Below are positions 38,036 to 47,746 of a DNA stretch of 64,000 nt, piece by piece (position 1 is the stretch's first letter; each line of letters opens with the position of its first letter). The stretch is taken from positions 1-64,000 of the forward strand of contig CAZOFO010000003.1 in NCBI GenBank assembly GCA_964579265.1, written 5' to 3'. The notes below the pieces were generated by a model, which had not been told where the DNA came from, did no database searches, and was given only the letters and a program-made list of their open reading frames with translations. The stretch comes from Candidatus Micrarchaeota archaeon. Its GTDB lineage: Archaea > B1Sed10-29. A program made the position numbers and the translations under genes.

Positions 38036-39736
38036 TTATTTATGAGCGTAACTGGCTTTTATCTCTTCTTCTGTTTTCTCATTTATTTTCACGAATCCGT
38101 ATCTTTCGAACTGGATTACTTCTCCTTTTTTCACTTTTTCCAGTTTTTCTTCACCGTATCCTCTCTCGGTTTCTCCCGAGGTAAGGGTAACTTCTACCGG
38201 TAGGTAGTTCTCCGTTGCCCATTGTAGTATATCAGTTATATCTTCCTCCATCTCAGCCGTGACAAATTCAGCTTCAGTATATGAGTCGTTCTTTCCATTT
38301 ACCTGGATAGTGAATGCTCCTTTGAGCCGTACTTTGTCTCCTTTTTCTTTTTTCTCTAGATCTTCCTCTGGTAGGTAGAAAATTCTTTCTCCTTCTTTGA
38401 ATTTATATTTCTTTCTTCCCATTTCTTTTTCCGGGTGCATTGGTACTTCCACTTCCATTTCTGGTATGTTCTCAACTCTAACTTTCTTTGGTTCCGGTAC
38501 GAAGTAGAATCTTCGTGCTTCAGAATCTATTATTTCTCTATTTTCCGCATATAGTTTATTCAATGGTACTGTGGAGCTAGATTCACTTATACCTTGGGAT
38601 AATATGAATTTTTTTATTGCTTCGGGTTTTATTCCTCTTTTTCTAAGTGATCTTATGCTCCATGTTCTTGGATCTTCCCATCCTGTGTATTCTCCTTTCT
38701 TTATCTTTTCTGCTGATCCTGATGAACTTATTTTCACTTTTTCCAGGTTCATTCTTCCTGTGTGTATGAATTCAACATTGCTGTAATCTATGTCTAGGCA
38801 ATCCCATATGTATTTCTCCATCTTAGTTTCCATTGCTAGGTCTTTTCCTCTTAGTATATGCGTCATCCCAAGAAGATGATCGTCCACTGCCCATGAGAAC
38901 TCTAGCATGGGCCATACTCTATATTTTTTTCCTACTCTAGGGTGTTCTCTTTCACTTATCCTTAACAGTACTCTGTCTCTGAATGCTGGGTCTTTATGCT
39001 GCATATCGGTCTTTATTCTAAGTACTGCTTCTCCTTCTTCGTATTTTCCTTCCAGCATTTTTTTGAATTCTTCATGGTTTTTTTCTACTGAACGCGATCT
39101 ATGATTGCATTCTTCACCTTCTTCTCTATTTTTTCTCAGTTCTTTAGCTGTGCAGTTGCAGACGTATGCTTTTCCTGTGTCTATTATCTTTTCAGCCCAT
39201 TCGTAGTACTTCTCCATTCTCTCTGATTTCAGGTAGACTTCGTCCGTCTTCAAACCGAGCCATTCTATATCTTCTTTTATCATCTCGTAAGCTTTTGGAT
39301 CTATCTGTTTTTCTTCTGATCCTATCGTGTCGTCTATCACGAGGTAGAATTCTCCATCGTATTTTTCTTTTGTGTATTCGTGGTTTGGAATTGCTTGCCT
39401 GCAGTGTCCAAGGTGTAGAGGTCCTGATGGATAGGGAGCAAACCTCATCTTGATTTTGGAGGTTTTACCTTGTAATTCAGGAAGTTTATGTTCGTCTTCT
39501 TCTTCCTCTTCTTCAAGTGCTTCTGGATCTATCTCCAGCAGCTTTCTTTCCTGTTGTTCTCTAGTCATCTGGTTTACTTCTTCAACTACTTCATTTGCTT
39601 TTTTACCTAGTTCCCCCATGTCTTTTTTTAGTTCTGGTTTTTCTCCTATTGCTTTGTTCATCACTGGTTTTACTTTGGCTTCTCCTTTGTGTTCCCAGGC
39701 GTTTTTCAAAGCATGTTTTAGTAGAAGATATCTCAT
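38036..39736 (-). CDS. gltX: Glutamate--tRNA ligase (archaeal)
   Basis: RFAPYPSGPLHLGH, DDT, AYVC.C, THILRGKD, GWEDPR, QFERYGF. Confidence 0.96.
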   Translation of the reverse strand: MRYLLLKHALKNAWEHKGEAKVKPVMNKAIGEKPELKKDMGELGKKANEVVEEVNQMTREQQERKLLEIDPEALEEEEEEDEHKLPELQGKTSKIKMRFAPYPSGPLHLGHCRQAIPNHEYTKEKYDGEFYLVIDDTIGSEEKQIDPKAYEMIKEDIEWLGLKTDEVYLKSERMEKYYEWAEKIIDTGKAYVCNCTAKELRKNREEGEECNHRSRSVEKNHEEFKKMLEGKYEEGEAVLRIKTDMQHKDPAFRDRVLLRISEREHPRVGKKYRVWPMLEFSWAVDDHLLGMTHILRGKDLAMETKMEKYIWDCLDIDYSNVEFIHTGRMNLEKVKISSSGSAEKIKKGEYTGWEDPRTWSIRSLRKRGIKPEAIKKFILSQGISESSSTVPLNKLYAENREIIDSEARRFYFVPEPKKVRVENIPEMEVEVPMHPEKEMGRKKYKFKEGERIFYLPEEDLEKKEKGDKVRLKGAFTIQVNGKNDSYTEAEFVTAEMEEDITDILQWATENYLPVEVTLTSGETERGYGEEKLEKVKKGEVIQFERYGFVKINEKTEEEIKASYAHK

Positions 39737-39898
39737 TTTCTATACCTCTTTTTGTATCCTTAGAGTTCTAACTTGTTTTATTTATTGAGTTGCCCTTTAT
39801 ACTTCTTTCTTATCCTTTCGATGATTAACGTGGGTAGGGTTTATAATCCTCTGTGTAGAATAATTTAGATGAATGTTTTCGATAGGGGGTTCTTTAAA

Positions 39899-41224
39899 AT
39901 GTCACTGAGAAGTTTTCTGAAGAGGCAAAGAGAGAGGGAGAATTTGAATAAGGTTTCTAGACAGGTTAATCCTGACTTTGAAGCAAGTTCAATAGCTTTT
40001 GAAGATCAATCAAAACCGGTTGTATTCGAGAATGTGGAAGGTTATCCTGATATCAAGATGGTTTCTAATATTGTGTCCTCTAGAGATATGATAGCGGATT
40101 CATTGGGTGTTGATAAAGGAGATATACTTTTTGAATTATCAAATGCTTACGATTCTCTAGAAAAATGCGTTGAATCTGATAAATCTATTAAGAGTTATAA
40201 TAATTTTGGTAAACCTAACCTGATAGATCACTTGCCTATCCTTAAGTATTATAGTAAAAAAGAAGATGGGGAAGTAAAGGATCCTAGGTACCTTGCTTCC
40301 TGTATGGTTATAGCTAAGGATCCTGAAGACGGTTCTCAGAATCTATCTTTTCATAGGTTAATGTATCAAGGAGATAACAAGTTCACAATAAGGATAGTTC
40401 CACGTCACTTATATGAAATAAATGAAAAGAAAGAAGGAGATTTAGAAGTAGCTATAATAAGAGGAGTAGATCCTAGAATAGAGATAGCTGGAGCTACATC
40501 AGGTTCTCCTGATATGGATGAACTAGAGTATGCTAATGCTTTAATGGATCAAGATCTCGAGTTGATTGATCTAGACGGTTTAAAAATTCCTGCAGATTCA
40601 GAAGTTGTTATGAAAGCAAGAATAACTCAAGAAAAAGACGTAGAAGGTCCCTTTGTCGACTTATCTGAAACTTGGGATAAAGAAAGACAACAACCTGTGC
40701 TGGAAGTAGATAATTTATACATGAAAGAAAATCCTTATGTTAGGTTCCTCGTACCAGGAAAAAACGAACACAAACACTTGATGGGTCTTCCACAGGAACC
40801 TAGGATATATAATAAAGTGAGAGAAACAGTCCCTACAGTTCAAAACGTAATAATATCTAAAGGAGGATGCTCTTGGCTTCATGGTGTAGTAAAAATAAAA
40901 AAGAGGAATGAAGGTGATGCTAAAAACGCTGGAATGGCGGCACTAGCTGGTCATCCTTCCATGAAGAGAGTGGTTATCGTGGATGAAGATATCGATCCTA
41001 CAGATCCACAAGAAGTTGAATGGTCAATAGCGACTAGAATGCAGCCTCACAAAGACATAAACTTTATAAAAAGAGCAAAAGGATCTTCTTTAGATCCTTC
41101 TCAAGATTATAAAAATAGATTAATGACGAAATGGATAATTGACGCTACTATACCTCACGACAAGGACGAAGACTTTTCCAAAGCAAAAATACCTCAAGTA
41201 GAAGATAAAGATACGGAGGAATAA
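39899..41224 (+). CDS. UbiD-family prFMN decarboxylase, likely anhydromevalonate phosphate decarboxylase
   Basis: NLSFHRL, EGPFVD, GGCSWLH, HPSMK, VDEDID, EWSIATR, GSSLDPS; operon with AcnX and IPK. Confidence 0.88.
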   Translation: MSLRSFLKRQRERENLNKVSRQVNPDFEASSIAFEDQSKPVVFENVEGYPDIKMVSNIVSSRDMIADSLGVDKGDILFELSNAYDSLEKCVESDKSIKSYNNFGKPNLIDHLPILKYYSKKEDGEVKDPRYLASCMVIAKDPEDGSQNLSFHRLMYQGDNKFTIRIVPRHLYEINEKKEGDLEVAIIRGVDPRIEIAGATSGSPDMDELEYANALMDQDLELIDLDGLKIPADSEVVMKARITQEKDVEGPFVDLSETWDKERQQPVLEVDNLYMKENPYVRFLVPGKNEHKHLMGLPQEPRIYNKVRETVPTVQNVIISKGGCSWLHGVVKIKKRNEGDAKNAGMAALAGHPSMKRVVIVDEDIDPTDPQEVEWSIATRMQPHKDINFIKRAKGSSLDPSQDYKNRLMTKWIIDATIPHDKDEDFSKAKIPQVEDKDTEE

Positions 41225-41225
41225 C

Positions 41226-42404
41226 ATGCATCTAACAAAAGAAGAAGAAAAAATGCTTGAATCTGGATCAAAACCGGTTAGAAAAGCAATGGAGCTACTG
41301 GTAAGACTAGGAGATATTTACGGAGCTGAAGAAATGATAGAAGTTAACTCAGCTCAAGCATCAGGCGTATCATATAAATCAATAGGAGACCCAGGTATAG
41401 AGTTCCTAGAAGGATTTGCAGAAGAAGGAGCAGAAGTGAAAATACCTACCTTTGCAAATCCAGCTGGAATGGATCTAGAAAGATGGAAAGAAATGGACGT
41501 GTCTGAAGAATTTGCTGAAAAACAAAAAAGGATAATCAAAGCAATGAAGGAAATGGGTATAATTACCACGACATCCTGTACTCCTTATCTATTTGGGAAC
41601 CTGCCTAGAAAAAACGAACATATAGCATGGGCGGAATCCTCTGCAGTTTCATTCGCTAACTCTGTAATAGGAGCTAAAACAAATAGAGAAGGAGGTCCAT
41701 CAGCACTATCAGCAGCTATAACAGGAAGAACTCCTAATTACGGACTACATTTAGAAAAAAATAGAAAACCAACTCACCTTATAGAGGTTAAAACTGATCT
41801 AGAAACTATTTCAGATTTCGGAGCCCTTGGATCTTGGGTTGGAAGAGAAGTAGAGGATGGAAAACCCTATTTCAAAGGAATTAAAAATGCTAAGACAGAT
41901 GAATTAAAATCTCTAGGAGCAGCAATGGCAGCATCAGGAGCAGTAGCACTATACTTCGTGGGAGGGATAACTACTGATAGAGAAAAACCTGAAGACCTGG
42001 AAAAAATCGAATTTACAGAAAAAGAAAAAAAAGAAGAATACCAAGAACTAAACCAAGCTCAAGATCCTGATCTAATCGTATTCGGATGTCCACACGCATC
42101 AATAGAAGAAATAAAAGAAATATCTGAATCACTGGACGGAGAAACATTGGAAAAAGACCTCTGGGTATGCACAAATAGAGCTGTAAAATCCTGGGCCGAT
42201 AGAATGGGTTACACCGAAAAAATAGAGGAATCAGGTGGAAAAGTACTCTGCGATACCTGTAATGTAGTATGTCCTCTGGAAGATATGGAATATGAGAACA
42301 CAGGTACAAACTCAGGTAAAGCAGCTAACTACTTACCTGGTTTCTGTGACCAAGAGATAATTTTCTCAGATAGAAAAAAATTGATAAAAAAGGCGATAAA
42401 ATGA
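41226..42404 (+). CDS. Aconitase X large subunit (phosphomevalonate dehydratase large subunit)
   Basis: GVSYKSIGD, CTPY, WAESSAV.FANSVIGA.TNREG, GCPHAS, DTC.VVCP, TNSGKA. Confidence 0.92.
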   Translation: MHLTKEEEKMLESGSKPVRKAMELLVRLGDIYGAEEMIEVNSAQASGVSYKSIGDPGIEFLEGFAEEGAEVKIPTFANPAGMDLERWKEMDVSEEFAEKQKRIIKAMKEMGIITTTSCTPYLFGNLPRKNEHIAWAESSAVSFANSVIGAKTNREGGPSALSAAITGRTPNYGLHLEKNRKPTHLIEVKTDLETISDFGALGSWVGREVEDGKPYFKGIKNAKTDELKSLGAAMAASGAVALYFVGGITTDREKPEDLEKIEFTEKEKKEEYQELNQAQDPDLIVFGCPHASIEEIKEISESLDGETLEKDLWVCTNRAVKSWADRMGYTEKIEESGGKVLCDTCNVVCPLEDMEYENTGTNSGKAANYLPGFCDQEIIFSDRKKLIKKAIK

Positions 42405-42808
42405 AAATCAAAGGAAGATCAATATCAAAAGGTGAAGCAAAAGGAGAAGTAATGATATCTAAGGAACCAATAGGGTTCTATGGAGCTGTAAATCCAGAAA
42501 CAGGTGAATTTATAGAAGAGGGACATGAATTAGAGGGAAAAAATATCTCTGGAAAAATACTAGTATTCCCAAAAGGAAAAGGATCTACAGTAGGATCTTA
42601 TGTCCTCTACGGTTTGGCAAAAAATAACAAAGCACCGAAAGCTATAATAAACAAAGAAACAGAAACAATCGTTGCAACAGGATGTATACTTGGTGAAATA
42701 CCTTGTGTGGATAAACTAGAAAAAGATCCTTTAAAAAATCTAAGCGAAGGAGAAAAATTAAAGGTAAATGGGGACCAAGGAACTATTGAAAAAATGAATG
42801 AAGAATAG
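42401..42808 (+). CDS. Aconitase X small swivel subunit DUF126 (phosphomevalonate dehydratase small subunit)
   Basis: GKILVFPKGKGSTVGSY, APKAII. Confidence 0.92.
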   Translation: MKIKGRSISKGEAKGEVMISKEPIGFYGAVNPETGEFIEEGHELEGKNISGKILVFPKGKGSTVGSYVLYGLAKNNKAPKAIINKETETIVATGCILGEIPCVDKLEKDPLKNLSEGEKLKVNGDQGTIEKMNEE

Positions 42809-42819
42809 AGGTATTTTCT

Positions 42820-43602
42820 ATGGATAATTTAAAACTGCTTAAAGTAGGTGGATCAATAATCACTGAAAGAAAAGCAGAAAAACCTACTCCAAGAGAAAAA
42901 GAAATGGAAAGAGTTGCAAAAGAGATATCAAAATCTTACTCTGAATCTATGAAAATGGTTTTAATACATGGGGCAGGTAGTTACGGTCATCCTATAGTTA
43001 AGAGAACAGGTATATCTAATGGAATGTCTAATAGAAAAGATAAAGTTAATTTCGCAGAAACCCAAAGACTTCAAAATAAATTAAATTCATTATTTACCAA
43101 AAAACTAATAGAACAAGGCCTACCAGCTTTTCCCTTCCAGGCTTCGGCTTCAGCAGTGAGAAAAAATGAATTAAAAAGAATGGAAGTTGATCTAATTAAA
43201 AAACTCTTGGAAGAAAATGTTATACCTGTACTTTACGGTGTACCTGCTTACGATGAAGATAAAGGTTGTTCAATTCTTTCGGGAGATGAGATAATGCCTT
43301 TCTTAGCTAAGGAATTAGATGCAAACCTAATGCTCCATGGTACAGATGTAGAAGGAGTTTATACTTCTGATCCTTCTGAAGATGATTCTGCAGAATTATT
43401 AAAGAATATAGGTTCTTTTGAAGAAGCTAAAAATTATTTAGGAGGAAGTAAACATACTGATGTGACTGGTGGGATGTTGAATAAAATAGAAAAAGCATTT
43501 GAATTAAATGTGGATAGTATTATCTTCAATGCTTCTACCAAAGGTAATATTAAGAAAGTTCTGAATGGTGAAGAAATTGGGACCTATATAAATGCTTATT
43601 AA
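42820..43602 (+). CDS. ipk: Isopentenyl phosphate kinase
   Basis: KVGGSIIT, HGAGSYGH, SGDE, TDVEGVY, DVTGGM. Confidence 0.93.
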   Translation: MDNLKLLKVGGSIITERKAEKPTPREKEMERVAKEISKSYSESMKMVLIHGAGSYGHPIVKRTGISNGMSNRKDKVNFAETQRLQNKLNSLFTKKLIEQGLPAFPFQASASAVRKNELKRMEVDLIKKLLEENVIPVLYGVPAYDEDKGCSILSGDEIMPFLAKELDANLMLHGTDVEGVYTSDPSEDDSAELLKNIGSFEEAKNYLGGSKHTDVTGGMLNKIEKAFELNVDSIIFNASTKGNIKKVLNGEEIGTYINAY

Positions 43603-44604
43603 TTATCTTGAAATTGATCCATTTACTCCCATTTTTGTAATAATAGTTTTTCCTCCTTCTTTTTCTATTGCTCGGGCTATTCCTTCCTGTTTCTCATTTG
43701 ATGTAAGTGCGATCATTATGCCTCCTTTTCCTCCTCCGGATAGTTTTGCTCCGTAGGCTCCGTTCTCTCTTGCAGTTTGAATTAGTCTTTCTAGTTTTGG
43801 GTGGCTTACTCCTAATGTCTTCAGTTTCTCCTGGTTTTTGTTCATCAGTTCCCCTAGTTCCTCAGGTTTATTTTCTTCAACTGAACTTGCTCCTTTCTCG
43901 ACCAATTCTTCTATTTCATTGAATATTCTGTTATAGCTTTCCGGGTGCTTTTCCCATCCTTTTTTTACATAAGGGACTGTTTCACTTGTTTCTGATTTTA
44001 TCTGTGTATCTCCTATTACTATTTGAAGAGGTTTTGGATCTTTATTTTCGTATTCTATACCTATTTCTTTTTCTTCTTTCTTCCTAACTGTATTGTATCC
44101 TCCTAATGAGCTTGAAATTATTTCACTCCCCGATGCTGCCCCTCCGTGTATCCTTACTTGTATAGGGTATATTGTTTTGAAGTATTCTTCTGCATTCATC
44201 TCTGTATCAGTTACTTTATTTAAGGTTCTTAGCAGTGATGAGGTTACTGCGGTAGAACTGCTCATTCCTCCTGATTCTTTAGGTATTTCTGTATCTATTT
44301 TTATCTGTAGACCTGTTTCTAAGTTTTTATATTCGTTATAGATAGATAAAAGATCGATTAAAGGGTCTAATTCATGTGTATAATCTTCTGGAGAATTATA
44401 TTCAACTTTTTTTATTTTCTCTAGTTCTAAGTTTTTTTCTCCGTATCCTTTGGATTTTATATTTATTTTTTTATCTTTTCTTTTTTCGATTTTTGTCTCT
44501 GTATATTTTCCTATTGATGCTATCAATGCTTTTCTTCCATAGACTACGCTATGTTCTCCCAGTAGAAATATATTTCCTGGTGCTTTTGCTTTTTTTCTTT
44601 TCAT
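43603..44604 (-). CDS. mvk: Mevalonate kinase (GHMP)
   Basis: APGNIFLLGEHSVVYG, GGMSSSTA, HG, LGVSHP, GAKLSGGGKGG. Confidence 0.92.
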   Translation of the reverse strand: MKRKKAKAPGNIFLLGEHSVVYGRKALIASIGKYTETKIEKRKDKKINIKSKGYGEKNLELEKIKKVEYNSPEDYTHELDPLIDLLSIYNEYKNLETGLQIKIDTEIPKESGGMSSSTAVTSSLLRTLNKVTDTEMNAEEYFKTIYPIQVRIHGGAASGSEIISSSLGGYNTVRKKEEKEIGIEYENKDPKPLQIVIGDTQIKSETSETVPYVKKGWEKHPESYNRIFNEIEELVEKGASSVEENKPEELGELMNKNQEKLKTLGVSHPKLERLIQTARENGAYGAKLSGGGKGGIMIALTSNEKQEGIARAIEKEGGKTIITKMGVNGSISR

Positions 44605-44615
44605 ATTTGATCTTT

Positions 44616-45233
44616 CTATTTGAATTGGAAATCTTCTATCTCTTCGTCAAATTCATCGTTTTCTTTTATTATCTCTTTGTTTTTCAGTGTTTCTCTTGCT
44701 ATTAGGTAGTAGGCTAGTGCCAGAGATTGTTTTCCTTTATTGTTTATAGGTAGAATCAAGTCTATGTTGTTCACCATGTTTGAAGTATCACATAGGCTTA
44801 TTACTGGTGTTTTGGATATTCTTGCTTCTTCTATTGCTTGTTGGTCTACTGATGGGTCCGCTGTTATTACTAGTTCTGGTTCCAGGAATTTGTCTCCTCT
44901 AGGGTTTGTTAGTAGTCCTGGTGGGTATCTTCCGGTTTCTGAGTTTGCTCCTATTTTGTCAGCCATTTTTTCAGCTGGTTTTTGAGCGTATTTTCTCCCT
45001 GCTACTACTAGTATCTTGTTTGGGTCTTTTTCTGCTATCATGTTCGCTGCTTTTTTAATTCTTTCATCTATTTTTGCTATGTTAAGTAACCATAATCCAT
45101 CATCTCTACATTTATAAGTGAAAGGATCCATTTGTCCTGTTTTGTATTTCGATCCTATGTGTGCTCCTGTCTCTAGGTATTTTTCTACGGATACTAATGG
45201 GTTTTCTATTTTTCCTTGTTCGTTTTTTTCCAT
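44616..45233 (-). CDS. rps2: 30S ribosomal protein uS2
   Basis: YLETGAHIG, PGLLTNP, PINNKG. Confidence 0.96.
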   Translation of the reverse strand: MEKNEQGKIENPLVSVEKYLETGAHIGSKYKTGQMDPFTYKCRDDGLWLLNIAKIDERIKKAANMIAEKDPNKILVVAGRKYAQKPAEKMADKIGANSETGRYPPGLLTNPRGDKFLEPELVITADPSVDQQAIEEARISKTPVISLCDTSNMVNNIDLILPINNKGKQSLALAYYLIARETLKNKEIIKENDEFDEEIEDFQFK

Positions 45234-45284
45234 TTTTGGTTCACCTGTATTTTTTGTTTATTCGTTAGTTTTAATATTTTCTTT

Positions 45285-46520
45285 TTATCTGCTTATGTAG
45301 TGTTCTATTCTGATCAATTCATTTAGTTTTGCTACTCTTTCTCCTCCTGCTATCCCTGTTTTTATTATTGGTATGTTTTCTGCTAGTGCTATGTGAGCTA
45401 TTGTTGAGTCGTTTGTTTCACCTGATCTATGGGATATTACAGGGGTGTATCCAATTTCTTTTGCTTTTTTTATTGTTTTTCTTGTTTCGGTTATTGTGCC
45501 TATTTGGTTTGGTTTTATAAGGATGGAGTTGCAGGCTTTTTTTTCTATCCCTTTTTCTAATCTTTCTATTTTGGTTGTGAATAGATCGTCTCCGCATATT
45601 GTCTTTTCTGGGTTTTTTTCTGTTAATTCAGCGTGTTTTTCGTAGTCTTCTTCTTGTAGAGGGTCTTCTATATATTCTAAGTCGTATTTTTCTATTAGTT
45701 TTTGGATGTATTCTAATTGTTCTTCCGGTGTTCTTTCTTTATCTTGGTATTGATACTTTCCTTTTCTATAGAATTCAGATGCTGCTACGTCTATTCCTAG
45801 TTTTATATCTATTTCAGGGTTTAAACCATTTTCTTTTTCTTTAATTTGTTTTAATGTTTTTTCTCTTGCTTCTTTTATCGTTTCTAGAGATTTTTCATTA
45901 TTTAGAGTAGTGGTATATCCATTTTCTAGGTCTTTACCTGCTGTGAAGTGTTTATCTTTCTTTTTTAGTATTTTTTTCACGTTCTTTTGCATTTTTACAT
46001 TTACTATGCATGATTCTTTGAATGTGTCTGTTTTTATCGGTATTGATAGGAATTCTTGTATTTCAGGGCCTTTTCCTGCGTGTTGTCCTCCTCCTATGAG
46101 TTTTCCTAGTGGTTGTGGTAGTATGTATTCATTTCTTTCTTCTAGGTGGAAGTATAGTGGTTTTTCTTCTGTATCTGCTGCTGCTTTTGCTATTGCTGTT
46201 GATAGAGAGAGGGTTATTGCTGCTCCGTAGTTTTCTAGATTTTCAGTTCCGTCTATTTCTTTTATTTTTTCATCTATTTCTTCTTGGTTTTCTGAGTTCA
46301 TCCCTATTATTGACGGGTATAGCTGTCTTTCTGCTTTTTTAATTAGTTCTTTTGGTTTTTCTGGTGTTTGTTTTACTTCGTGTTTTCCTGCTGATGTTCC
46401 TGTGGGGGTGCTTGCTCTTCCAAATCCTGTTGAGGTATAAACATCTGTTTCTATTGTTTTTTCTCCTTTTGAATTCAGTATTATCTTTGAATCAATTTCT
46501 TTTATATCTGATTCTTTCAT
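45285..46520 (-). CDS. eno: Enolase
   Basis: GGGQHA, IQEF, DVAASEF, IEDP, GDDL, IKPNQIG, SHRSGET, IKTG. Confidence 0.94.
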   Translation of the reverse strand: MKESDIKEIDSKIILNSKGEKTIETDVYTSTGFGRASTPTGTSAGKHEVKQTPEKPKELIKKAERQLYPSIIGMNSENQEEIDEKIKEIDGTENLENYGAAITLSLSTAIAKAAADTEEKPLYFHLEERNEYILPQPLGKLIGGGQHAGKGPEIQEFLSIPIKTDTFKESCIVNVKMQKNVKKILKKKDKHFTAGKDLENGYTTTLNNEKSLETIKEAREKTLKQIKEKENGLNPEIDIKLGIDVAASEFYRKGKYQYQDKERTPEEQLEYIQKLIEKYDLEYIEDPLQEEDYEKHAELTEKNPEKTICGDDLFTTKIERLEKGIEKKACNSILIKPNQIGTITETRKTIKKAKEIGYTPVISHRSGETNDSTIAHIALAENIPIIKTGIAGGERVAKLNELIRIEHYISR

Positions 46521-46567
46521 TTTGGTTTCTCCTATTATGTTTTTCTATTTTCTCGAGACTTAGGTAA

Positions 46568-46675
46568 TGGGGCCAGCGAGATTTTCCTCAAAAGAGTCCT
46601 GTGGACTCCTGTTGATCTTGAACTCACGTCACCACCGCCCCGGGGTGGTAGGATGCCAGGCTACCCTATGGCCCC
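46568..46675 (-). tRNA. tRNA-Pro(GGG) with 35-nt T-loop intron (59/60; 46582-46616) and C33
   Basis: Acceptor GGGGCCA/TGGCCCC-A, CCACC-CCGGGGC-GGTGG, T stem GTGAG/CTCGC, relaxed BHB. Confidence 0.9.
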
Positions 46676-46869
46676 ATTCGCGAGTATTTGTTTATTTCAT
46701 CTATTATGTCTACTTGGGCTGTGAACATTCTTCTACAGCAGTATCTTTCCAATTTTAATTCGTCCATTACTTTTTCTGGGTTTTCTCCGTTTTCTATCTT
46801 TTCTTTGTATTCTTCCCAGAGGTGTCCTATTGGTTTTCCACAACTGAAGCATCTTACGGGTATCATCAT
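46666..46869 (-). CDS. rpoN: RNA polymerase subunit Rpo10 (N)
   Basis: MMIPVRCFSCGK, RYCCRRM. Confidence 0.97.
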   Translation of the reverse strand: MMIPVRCFSCGKPIGHLWEEYKEKIENGENPEKVMDELKLERYCCRRMFTAQVDIIDEINKYSRMGP

Positions 46870-46894
46870 TTTTGTTCACCTTTTTTGGGGCACT

Positions 46895-47311
46895 TTATCT
46901 GTATGATTTGATTGGTTTTGCTCTTGCTCCTTTTCTCATTGGTTTCTTTGGCTCTTTTCTTCTGTAATCATCTACTAGTATTGATCTGTCGTATTCTCTG
47001 TATTTTTCTTCCAGTTCTTCTGAGCCACTCCATTCTACTAGTGCTTTCCCTATTGAGGTTCTAGTGGCTGCTGCTTGTCCTGCTTTTCCTCCGCCTTTCA
47101 CATTTGTTTTTATTTTTATCTTTTCAAGTTTCTCTTTTCCCAGAATTTTCTCAGCTATTCTTATTGGTTCTTTTATCATTCTTCTGTATAATTCAGGAGT
47201 GTATAAGTCTATTGGTTGATTATTAATTTTTATTGTTCCTTTTCCTTCCTTTATGGTTGTTCTAGCTACTGCTTTTTTCTTTTTTCCTTTTTTGAATACA
47301 TGTTTAGCCAT
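46895..47311 (-). CDS. rps9: 30S ribosomal protein uS9
   Basis: VKGGG..GQA, YDRSILVDD.RRKEPKK, KSYR. Confidence 0.96.
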   Translation of the reverse strand: MAKHVFKKGKKKKAVARTTIKEGKGTIKINNQPIDLYTPELYRRMIKEPIRIAEKILGKEKLEKIKIKTNVKGGGKAGQAAATRTSIGKALVEWSGSEELEEKYREYDRSILVDDYRRKEPKKPMRKGARAKPIKSYR

Positions 47312-47324
47312 TTTTTCATCCTCT

Positions 47325-47741
47325 TTATTGTTTTAATCCTAATTCTTCACATAGTTCTTTTATTGTGATATGTGGTTTATCTTTTTTTATTTTTATATTA
47401 TCTTCTGATTTTTCTTCTAGTCCTTCTGGAACTCCCAAGTATGCTTTTATTTTTTTCTTAGCCTTTTTACCTCTTTGTTTTTTCATTGGAAGCATTTTCT
47501 CTGTTGCTCTTTTTAGGAATAGATCGGGTCTTCTTGATATTGTTTTTGGACTTTTTCTTGGGTTTCCTAAGTCTCTTAGATTGAATTTGTCTCTGTATTT
47601 TTGCACTATATTCTGTTTTTTTCCCACTATTATTGCTTTTTCAGAGTTTATTATTCTGACTTCTTTTCCTTTTTGAGCTTCTTCGGATGCTTTTGATGCT
47701 ATTCTTCCGAGTGGTTTTCCTTCTCCGTTTATTATGTACAT
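47325..47741 (-). CDS. rpl13: 50S ribosomal protein uL13
   Basis: LGRIAS, NSEKAII, RRPD, MLP...RG, YLGVP. Confidence 0.94.
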   Translation of the reverse strand: MYIINGEGKPLGRIASKASEEAQKGKEVRIINSEKAIIVGKKQNIVQKYRDKFNLRDLGNPRKSPKTISRRPDLFLKRATEKMLPMKKQRGKKAKKKIKAYLGVPEGLEEKSEDNIKIKKDKPHITIKELCEELGLKQ

Positions 47742-47746
47742 TTTGT

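Noticed and set aside
46632..46650. Reading the tRNA-Pro anticodon as CGG
   Set aside because: That register breaks the anticodon stem; only CCACC/GGTGG pairs, which gives GGG.
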